Shown piece after piece: positions 57,267 to 64,000 of a DNA stretch of 64,000 bases. Made by a program: the position numbers and the translations under genes. Position 1 is the stretch's first letter. Each line of letters opens with the position of its first letter. Where the stretch lies: assembly GCA_963760125.1 (NCBI GenBank), contig CAVXBV010000007.1, positions 577,613-641,612 on the forward strand. Reading direction: 5' to 3'. Below the pieces are notes generated by a model. That model saw only the letters and a program-made list of their open reading frames with translations, was not told the DNA's origin and made no database searches. Source of the stretch: an uncultured Actinomycetota bacterium. Its GTDB lineage: Bacteria; Actinomycetota; Actinomycetes; Mycobacteriales; SCTD01.

Positions 57267-59364
57267 GCCGGTTCACGGTGTCCAACGGTTGACCGATCTG
57301 CGCGAAGTCGACGGCCACGAAGGTCGGGTGCATGCCGCGCTCCTCCGTGCACCGCAGCGACCGGGACAGGAGCGCCGCCTTGCGGTTGATGGCGTAGGCC
57401 TCCGCGCGGCTGGGTGCGGGCGTCGACACCCAGTTGTTGAGCAGGAACAGCGATCCCGTCACGAGTCCTCGTGCTGGCCGGCAGCTCAGGGCGGCTGCTG
57501 AGTCGGCTTGGTAGGGCGTCTCGGCGGCGTAGTCGTAGAAATTGCGCAGCCAGCCCTCGTCCAAGTCGCCGCGCTCCGTGAACGCGACCAGTCGCTTCCC
57601 GGTCCGCACCATGGACCCGAGAGTCGGCCAGGGCGCACCGCCTGTCGGCGGGGTCGCCGCGAACGCGTCCAGCCCGGCGGCGTCCAGGACGCGTCGGACG
57701 TCCTCCACCGTGACGTGGTCCTCGAGGATCAACGTGACCACAGCATCCCGGTGGCTGCGCAGCCAGTCCCGTACCCGCTTGAGCTCGGTCACGGCGTCCC
57801 GGGCGCCGAGCTGGCACACGACGTGGCACAGCCACACACCTTCCCTCGGCGCGAAGGAGTCCGCGAGCGGCGCCAGGCTGGTGCGTGCGGCGGGAGACAG
57901 CCGGGACAGGTACGCCTCCACCTCTGACGGCGTCGTCCAGTAGTGCAGGTCGAGCATCAGTCCGCGCACGCCACCGTCGAGCTGACGTACGAGATCGACG
58001 TCCTGTCCGGCGCTGAAGAACCCCTCGTCGCTGGAGGCCATGGCGTTGTGGCTCGTCAGGTACGTGACCTCGCCGTACGTCCGCTGGCACAGCTCGTGCG
58101 CGCTGTTGCAGGTCGGGGGAGGCAGAACGGGCGCCTGGGCGAGCCCGAACACGAGCACGGTGGCCAGCGCCGCGAAGGCGAGCGACGGGGCCGCCTGGGT
58201 GGCGCTGTGCCGACGGGCACTGCGTCGGGCCCAGGCGACGACGGCGCAGGCCAGCGCGGCGAGGAGCACGACGGCCACCAGCCGCAGGTAGGTGCCCACC
58301 ACGGCGCCTCGCAGCTCGGTGTCCACGTCGCGCACCAGACCGACCGCCGTAGGAGGCAGTCCCGAGCCGCGGGTCAGGCGCGCCAGCGGGTCGGTGACGG
58401 TCCCCTCGACGAGGCGACCGGTCACGAGGGCCGCGACGCCGCCGGCGCCCAGACTCAGGGCCAGTGACCGCCAGACGCCGCCGCGCCGAAGCAGGAGTAG
58501 GGCGAGGGCGAGGCCCAGGCTCAGGATGCCCAGCACGGTGAGCCAGCGCAGCCCCAGCGGGACGAACGACCGGCTCAGGGACAGCGACGTGCCGGTCGAG
58601 GTGTCGGTGCGCAATGGCTGCCGCGCTGCGTCGACCAGGCCGGTGATGTTGCGGTTCACCCGCTCGAGCAGCCCCGGGTCGTCCTGCAGGTACGACGGGA
58701 CGACGAGGGCGAGGGCCGAGTTGAGGTCACCCGCGGCCAGGGCGGCGACGACCAGCGGCCGGACGTCGGAGTCCGGGGGGAGGGCGGCCGTGAGCAGGGC
58801 GGTGACGCCAGGCGCGAGGCGGGCGGGGAGGGGCAGGTCGGGCAGGCTCAGTGGGAGCGCGCCGGCCTGGACCTCGCCGAGCATCCGGTCGACCGCCGCG
58901 CCGAAACCGGCCAGGGTCTGCTGAGTGACGGGGCGCCCTGCGGCCACCAGCCCGGGAGCAAGGTCGTGCACGAGGGCGACGACGTGCTCGATGATCGGCT
59001 GGAGGACCTGCAGGACGGCCAGCGCCTCGCGGTCGCCGAGCACGTAGTCGACGTAGCCGTCGAGGGCTCGGTTGACAACCTGCTCCACAACCTCCGGTGG
59101 CACGAGGAGCCGCAGGTTGGCCGTCACGTAGGTCGCGTCCACGGGGACGTCCCGCAGGGCCTCGCGGATGAGCTTCTGCGTCCCGGGAGCCGGGAGCACC
59201 TCGGTGTAGAGGCGCTCGTAGGCGTCTGTCTTGGCCACGACACGGTTGTCGAAGTCGCGGTCCAGCAGGGTGAGCCGGGTCGTGGAGGTGAGGACCAGGA
59301 GGACCACGCCGAGGCAGGTCAGCAGCAGCGGGAGGACCTCCCGTCGTACCGCTGCCCGTCGCAT
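57256..59364 (-). CDS. polytopic membrane protein with C-terminal PI-PLC-X-like (PLC-like phosphodiesterase) domain
   Basis: Track ORF of 702 aa. N-terminal signal anchor, a large helical region, 3-4 TM helices, then YLTSHNAMAS and GVRGLMLDLH (the two His contexts of PLC-like TIM-barrel phosphodiesterases). It starts 24 nt after the VWA gene stop. Confidence 0.6.
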   Translation of the reverse strand: MRRAAVRREVLPLLLTCLGVVLLVLTSTTRLTLLDRDFDNRVVAKTDAYERLYTEVLPAPGTQKLIREALRDVPVDATYVTANLRLLVPPEVVEQVVNRALDGYVDYVLGDREALAVLQVLQPIIEHVVALVHDLAPGLVAAGRPVTQQTLAGFGAAVDRMLGEVQAGALPLSLPDLPLPARLAPGVTALLTAALPPDSDVRPLVVAALAAGDLNSALALVVPSYLQDDPGLLERVNRNITGLVDAARQPLRTDTSTGTSLSLSRSFVPLGLRWLTVLGILSLGLALALLLLRRGGVWRSLALSLGAGGVAALVTGRLVEGTVTDPLARLTRGSGLPPTAVGLVRDVDTELRGAVVGTYLRLVAVVLLAALACAVVAWARRSARRHSATQAAPSLAFAALATVLVFGLAQAPVLPPPTCNSAHELCQRTYGEVTYLTSHNAMASSDEGFFSAGQDVDLVRQLDGGVRGLMLDLHYWTTPSEVEAYLSRLSPAARTSLAPLADSFAPREGVWLCHVVCQLGARDAVTELKRVRDWLRSHRDAVVTLILEDHVTVEDVRRVLDAAGLDAFAATPPTGGAPWPTLGSMVRTGKRLVAFTERGDLDEGWLRNFYDYAAETPYQADSAAALSCRPARGLVTGSLFLLNNWVSTPAPSRAEAYAINRKAALLSRSLRCTEERGMHPTFVAVDFAQIGQPLDTVNRLNR

Positions 59365-59388
59365 GCCTCCATCGTGCCCTGCTCAGGG

Positions 59389-60342
59389 TCAGGGTAGGAC
59401 GCGGAACCAGATCAGGGAGGCCCCGGCAGCCGCCAGGGCGAGAACCAGACCCAGCCCGGTGAGCGCAGAGGTGAGCTCCCGCCGCTGGGTGGTGGTGCCG
59501 ACGTCCGTGGCGATGTCCTGGTAGACGTCTCCGAGCTGGTCCTTGCTCAGAGCGGTGTAGCTGGTCCCGCCGGTGGCCTCAGCGAGAGCGGCCAAGGCGG
59601 CCGTGTCCACCGGGACCGCGATCTGCTGACCGCGCAGGCTGACCACCCCCTCCTGTGTGCCATAGGCGATCGTGCTGACCGGGATCTGGGCGTTGGCGGC
59701 GAGCTCAGCGCCGGTCTCGACGCTCTGCCCTGTGGTGTTGGACCCGTCGGACAGCAGGACGACGCGAGCCGGGGCGGTGGAGCCTTGGGCGCTGACGCCC
59801 TCGGCGGCCTGGACGCTGGCAGCCACGGCGTCGCCGATGGCCGTGCCGCCACCTATCTGCAGGTTCTGGATCGCCGTCACCACCGCCTCGTGGTCCTGCG
59901 TGGGCGTGGCTGCCACCCCCGCCGAGCTGGAGAACGACACCAGCCCCACCGCGAACGTGGCGGGCAGCCCGCGGACGAAGGCGGCAGCAGCGACCTTGGC
60001 CGCCTCGATGCGGGACGGCGAGACGTCGGAGGCCTCCATCGAGCCGGAGACGTCCAGCGCCACGATCAGGGTGGCCTGGGCGCGGGGGACACGGACGTCG
60101 GCGGACGGTCGCGCGAACCCCGTCGTCAGCGCCACCATGGTCAGCAGCAGCAGCGCGGCGGGCAGGTGACGGCGCCAGCCGGGTCGCCGGGGCATGACGG
60201 AGGCCAGCAGGTCCACGTCCGAGAACCGCGTCTCGTACGTCGAGCGGCGGCGTTGCAGGAGCAGGTAGGTGACGCCAAGGGCAAGCACGGCGAGCAGGAG
60301 CAGCAGGCGCCAGGGGGCGGCAAAGGAGAGGTTGCTGGGCAT
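59389..60342 (-). CDS. VWA-domain membrane protein (BatA-like)
   Basis: Two N-terminal TM helices, MIDAS motif DVSGSM, and a C-terminal TM helix. The ATG overlaps the DUF58 stop. Confidence 0.8.
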   Translation of the reverse strand: MPSNLSFAAPWRLLLLLAVLALGVTYLLLQRRRSTYETRFSDVDLLASVMPRRPGWRRHLPAALLLLTMVALTTGFARPSADVRVPRAQATLIVALDVSGSMEASDVSPSRIEAAKVAAAAFVRGLPATFAVGLVSFSSSAGVAATPTQDHEAVVTAIQNLQIGGGTAIGDAVAASVQAAEGVSAQGSTAPARVVLLSDGSNTTGQSVETGAELAANAQIPVSTIAYGTQEGVVSLRGQQIAVPVDTAALAALAEATGGTSYTALSKDQLGDVYQDIATDVGTTTQRRELTSALTGLGLVLALAAAGASLIWFRVLP

Positions 60343-61250
60343 CAGGCACCCGCCACGCGGCGGGCTGCGCGCGCACGACGACGAAGTGCCAGGAACGCCG
60401 TCAGGTCGCGCAGCCAGTCGCCGTCGGTCGAGAGCGGGAGGTGGCCGGCGCCGGCCCGACGTACGGCCGCAGCGAGGTCACGGTGCCGCACTGCCGCAGC
60501 CTCCGCGTAGCGCTCGCGCAGCCGACGACTCCCGGTCGGGACGTCGAGGGTCCGTCCGCTCTCGGGGTCGACGACCCGCAGCATCCCGACGTGCGGGAGG
60601 GACAGCTCTCCGGGGTCGTGCACCTGGACGACGACGACGTCGTGACGACGGGCCAGGCGCGTGAGCGGCTGCTCCCACGACCGCTCACCGAGCAGGTCGG
60701 ACACCACCACCACCAGACCACGACGAGGGAGCGGGACCGCCGCGAGGGCCTCCGCGAGCGGCGGTGCCGAGCCCTCGCCCACGTCGACGCCGTCGAGGAC
60801 GGACAGCAGGTGCGGGGCGGCGAGGCGCGAGCCGCGAGGGGGCAACCGGCGGACACCATCGCAGGTGAGCAGCACGGCACCGAGCCGGTCGCCAGGACCG
60901 GACGACAGGTGGGCGAACGCGGCAGTCGCCGTCAGGGCCAGGGTCCGCTTGTCCTGCACCCGCGTGCCGAACGACATGGACGGGGTGAGGTCGACGACCA
61001 GGGTGGTCTCGAGCTCCCGCTGGGGCGTCGTGGTGCGCACGTGGGGATCGCCGGTGCGGGCGAGGACGGCCCAGTCCATCCGGCGGACGTCGTCGCCAGG
61101 CTGGTAGGAGCGCGCCTCCGCGAGATCTCCACCGGTGCCCTGGTGGATGCCCAGGTGCTCACCGTGCATCACCCCGTCGACCTTGTGCGCCACCTCGAGC
61201 AGCAGGCGTCGGGCGGGGGCGCCGCGGGTCAGGAGAGCACCGACGGTCAT
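60342..61250 (-). CDS. DUF58-domain protein
   Basis: The usual partner of MoxR. Pattern YQPGDDVRRMDW. The start overlaps the MoxR stop by 4 nt. Confidence 0.8.
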   Translation of the reverse strand: MTVGALLTRGAPARRLLLEVAHKVDGVMHGEHLGIHQGTGGDLAEARSYQPGDDVRRMDWAVLARTGDPHVRTTTPQRELETTLVVDLTPSMSFGTRVQDKRTLALTATAAFAHLSSGPGDRLGAVLLTCDGVRRLPPRGSRLAAPHLLSVLDGVDVGEGSAPPLAEALAAVPLPRRGLVVVVSDLLGERSWEQPLTRLARRHDVVVVQVHDPGELSLPHVGMLRVVDPESGRTLDVPTGSRRLRERYAEAAAVRHRDLAAAVRRAGAGHLPLSTDGDWLRDLTAFLALRRRARAARRVAGA

Positions 61251-62257
61251 GCGGCACCGTCCGCCAGCTGGGACGGCGCGACCGAGGGCTGCGGGACGAC
61301 CTCGAGCACGCGCTCGACCAGCCGGCGCGGGGGGACTCCGTCGGCTATGGCGTCGTAGGTGAGGACCAGCCGGTGCGACAGCACGTCAGTCGCGACGTCG
61401 GCGACGTCAGCTGGCAGCGCGTAGCCACGGCCCCGCAGCAGCGCCGTGGCGCGGGCGGCGGCGACGATGCCGAGGCTGCCACGCGGCGAGGCGCCGTGGA
61501 CGATGAGCGGCCCGAGCTCCGGAAGGTGGAAGTCGACCGGCAGCCTGGTGGCCATCACCAGACGCACGGCGTAGTCGGCGACCGCGTGGTGCACGAAGAC
61601 CGCGTCGGCTGCCGCCTGCAGTCCGGTGAGCTCGTCCAGCGACAGGACCTGGGCGGCGGTCGGCCGGTCGACCGACATGCGCCGCACGATCTCGAGCTCA
61701 TCGGGCATCGACGGCGTCGGGACGTTGACCTTCAGCAGGAAGCGGTCCAGCTGGGCCTCGGGCAGCGGGTACACGCCCTCGCTCTCCAACGGGTTCTGTG
61801 TCGCCATGACCACGAAGGGGGTGGGGAGTGGGTACGTCGTTCCCGCGAGCGAGACCTGGCGTTCGGCCATCACCTCCAGCAGCGCTGACTGCACCTTGGC
61901 CGGCGCGCGGTTGATCTCGTCGGCGAGGACCAGGTTGGCGAACACCGGGCCGAGCTCCACCGCGAAGTCCTCCTTGGACGGCCGGTAGACGCGCGTGCCG
62001 AGGATGTCGCTCGGCACCAGGTCCGGCGTGAACTGGAGGCGGACGCTGGAGCCGCCGATGACGGTGGCGAGGGTGTCGACCGCGAGGCTCTTGGCCACAC
62101 CGGGCACCCCCTCGAGCAGGCAGTGGCCGCGGGCGAGCAGGGCGACAAGCATCCGCTCGAGCATCTGGTCCTGGCCGACGACGACGCGCTTGACCTCGAA
62201 GAGCGCCCGCTCGAGCAGGGCTCCGGGTTCCTGGGTGGATCGGCGGACGGGGCTCAC
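61247..62257 (-). CDS. MoxR-family AAA+ ATPase
   Basis: LLEGVPGVAKSL (Walker A), LADEINRAPAKVQSALLEVM and ATQNPLE. Confidence 0.9.
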   Translation of the reverse strand: MSPVRRSTQEPGALLERALFEVKRVVVGQDQMLERMLVALLARGHCLLEGVPGVAKSLAVDTLATVIGGSSVRLQFTPDLVPSDILGTRVYRPSKEDFAVELGPVFANLVLADEINRAPAKVQSALLEVMAERQVSLAGTTYPLPTPFVVMATQNPLESEGVYPLPEAQLDRFLLKVNVPTPSMPDELEIVRRMSVDRPTAAQVLSLDELTGLQAAADAVFVHHAVADYAVRLVMATRLPVDFHLPELGPLIVHGASPRGSLGIVAAARATALLRGRGYALPADVADVATDVLSHRLVLTYDAIADGVPPRRLVERVLEVVPQPSVAPSQLADGAA

Positions 62258-62341
62258 GATGGGTCCTCCTGTGGCAGTGGGTTCGGACCAACGTCACCCG
62301 CGAACCTGGGAGGGACCTGTGAGCGTCCTCAGGAGGCTGTG

Positions 62342-62893
62342 TCAGAAGACGTCGGCGTAGTCACGTCGGTTGAGGGCGGCGTCGGACAGAGACCCGTCCC
62401 CGCGGGGCACGGCGATCGCGCGGCCGTTGCGGACGAAGCGCACGCCGGACACGTCGGCGAGCGCACCGAGCGTGACCACAAGCTGCGCATAGCCGAGGAC
62501 CTCGTCCGTGCGGTTGGCCACGTTGTCGGGAGCGGGAACCTCCACGACGACGGTCCCGGGAATGCGCGTCCGCTCGTCGATCTTGGCCTTCAGCGGCACC
62601 GCCGAGGTGATACCGGCGTCCTGCTCGCGGGCGTTGGGGCCGGCCTCGAGCGTCGCGAGGACGTCGGCGGGAGTCGGTGGGACGGGGACCCGACGCACGA
62701 CGGCGACGAGGTGCTGGTTGCGGGCGAGGTAGATGACGGCGCGGCCGGTCCCGGTGGGGGCCGGGCTCGCGGTCGTCACGATCGCCTGGAACGGCCCGGC
62801 GTTGCGGTCCAGGGCGCGAGGCGTGGTCTCGGCGCCCAGGCCGCAGCCGGCCGTGAGCGCCGTCAGTACGGCGAGCGTCGCGAGTCGCCTCAC
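62342..62893 (-). CDS. GerMN-domain lipoprotein
   Basis: Lipobox LTAGC. About 180 aa with a GerMN-like pattern (VIYLARNQHLVAV...LGYAQLVVTL...VRF). GTGA overlap with the upstream kinase stop. Confidence 0.6.
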   Translation of the reverse strand: MRRLATLAVLTALTAGCGLGAETTPRALDRNAGPFQAIVTTASPAPTGTGRAVIYLARNQHLVAVVRRVPVPPTPADVLATLEAGPNAREQDAGITSAVPLKAKIDERTRIPGTVVVEVPAPDNVANRTDEVLGYAQLVVTLGALADVSGVRFVRNGRAIAVPRGDGSLSDAALNRRDYADVF

Positions 62894-64000
62894 AGGTCGC
62901 GCCAGGGCAGCTCGACGCGGAACCGGCCACCGCCACCGGGCCGGTCCAGCACGGTGACCTTGCCGCCGTGCGCGATCACGTGCTCGGACACCAGCGCCAG
63001 TCCCAACCCGACACCGTCGCTGCCGCCGCGGGCGTGCGCCGCCCGGCCTCGTCCGAAGCGGTCGAACACCAGCGTCCTCTCGTCGGGCGGGACGCCGGGG
63101 CCGGTGTCGTCGACGTCGACGAGCAACGCGGTCTCCGAGCGCCAGGCGTGCAGGGAGTGCAGGCCGCCGCCGTGGTTCTCGGCGTTGGCGATCAGGTTGT
63201 CGAGCACCTGGGCGATGCGGGGGGCATCCATCGGCCAGGTCAGTGGTGTCTCGTCGACGGTCACCAAGGACGCCGGCAGCTGCCGGCGCTGGACCGCGTA
63301 GGTGAGGACGCCGGCGACGTCTTGCTCGGTGAGCTGCGTGGGGCGCTCGGCTCGTGCGAGCTCGAGCAGGCCCTGCACGAGCTCGTTGAACCGCGTGACC
63401 TCGTCCACGACGAGCTCGGCCGCCGCCCTGCTGCGCGGATCCAGGTCGGCGCTGCGGTTCTGCAGCACCTGGGACGCCGACGCGAGCGTCTGCAGCGGTG
63501 AGCGGAGCTCGTGGCTCACGTCTGAGGCGAAGCGGCGCTCCCGCTCCATCCGGTCACTCACCTCCTGCACCATCCCGTTGAAGGAGTCCGACAGGTCGAC
63601 GAGGTCAGGGTCGTCGTGGGGCTCCATGCGCACCGAGAGGTCGCCGTCCATGACCTGGCGGGCCGCGGCGCTGGCCGCCCGGAGCGGCGAGAGCACCCGG
63701 CGGCCGATCCACAGGCTCAGGGCGATGGCCAGCCCGGTCGCCAGCACCGCTGCCGCACCGAGACCACCGGCCACCGTGCGCAGGGTCGACTGCACCTCGG
63801 ACAGGCTCTGCACCTCGTAGAAGGCGGTCTCGGTGTCCGGGTAGGGGACGCCGACGACGATCGCCGGCCGCCCGCCCACCTTGATGCGCTGGACGGCCGG
63901 GCTGCCGAGGTCGACGAGGTCGATGAGGGCGGCCGGCACGGCGCGCGTGAGCCCGTCGTCCGCCGTCCGGGCGTACCACTCGCCCTCTTTGCGAACGAGC
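62890..64000 (-). CDS. sensor histidine kinase (HAMP-HisKA-HATPase), 5' end outside the window
   Basis: HAMP (GRRVLSPLRAASAAARQVMDGDL), H-box FASDVSHELRSPL, and HATPase blocks NLIANAENHG, DDTGPGV, GLGLALV. The reading frame stays open to position 64000. Confidence 0.8.
   Translation of the reverse strand, partial: LVRKEGEWYARTADDGLTRAVPAALIDLVDLGSPAVQRIKVGGRPAIVVGVPYPDTETAFYEVQSLSEVQSTLRTVAGGLGAAAVLATGLAIALSLWIGRRVLSPLRAASAAARQVMDGDLSVRMEPHDDPDLVDLSDSFNGMVQEVSDRMERERRFASDVSHELRSPLQTLASASQVLQNRSADLDPRSRAAAELVVDEVTRFNELVQGLLELARAERPTQLTEQDVAGVLTYAVQRRQLPASLVTVDETPLTWPMDAPRIAQVLDNLIANAENHGGGLHSLHAWRSETALLVDVDDTGPGVPPDERTLVFDRFGRGRAAHARGGSDGVGLGLALVSEHVIAHGGKVTVLDRPGGGGRFRVELPWRDL

Noticed and set aside
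62342-62893. Calling the lipoprotein LpqB and the upstream kinase MtrB.
   Set aside because: LpqB is about three times longer. The regulator and the kinase N-terminus are outside the window, so orthology cannot be supported.

Overview
Very GC-rich actinobacterial chromosomal DNA (GC not computed; the six-frame track is full of R/G/P/A-rich shadow ORFs typical of such genomes). I call about 64 tightly packed genes, many with 1-4 nt start/stop overlaps. I recognised no rRNA, tRNA, CRISPR array, transposase, integrase or phage gene, so this looks like core genome and not an obvious island. Two blocks recall Mycobacterium tuberculosis neighbourhoods from memory: pknL / aroG / Rv2179c-like exoribonuclease, and hemQ-hemY-hemE / DUF3000 / RNase D. 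Content includes lipid genes (plsC, hydrolase), glycerol kinase, pfkA, HelD, two DAHP synthases of different classes, thiG-thiH, an FTR1 iron permease with a cupredoxin lipoprotein, the coproporphyrin-dependent heme genes, LigC and a stand-alone LigD-type polymerase, an ECF sigma/anti-sigma pair, four two-component modules and a MoxR-DUF58-VWA operon. Points I consider most worth follow-up: (1) an orphan double-domain KaiC homologue with a conserved Ser-Thr dyad, translationally coupled to an RsbW-type kinase-fold protein and sitting between the separated ligC and polymerase genes; (2) a terminator-like hairpin plus an 18-codon leader ORF with Trp-Tyr-Gly-Phe directly upstream of the class I-beta DAHP synthase; (3) the class II DAHP synthase is disrupted by an in-frame TAG and a frameshift; (4) the convergent neighbour is a sigma-like/zinc anti-sigma/TM/Ig-domain fusion with two frameshifts, giving four lesions within 2.3 kb; (5) a MoxR-DUF58-VWA operon ending in a polytopic protein with a PI-PLC-X-like domain; (6) a 64-nt palindromic element next to a G-quadruplex-type repeat in the pfkA/helD convergent gap. 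All family calls come from motif recognition by eye. No database search was run.
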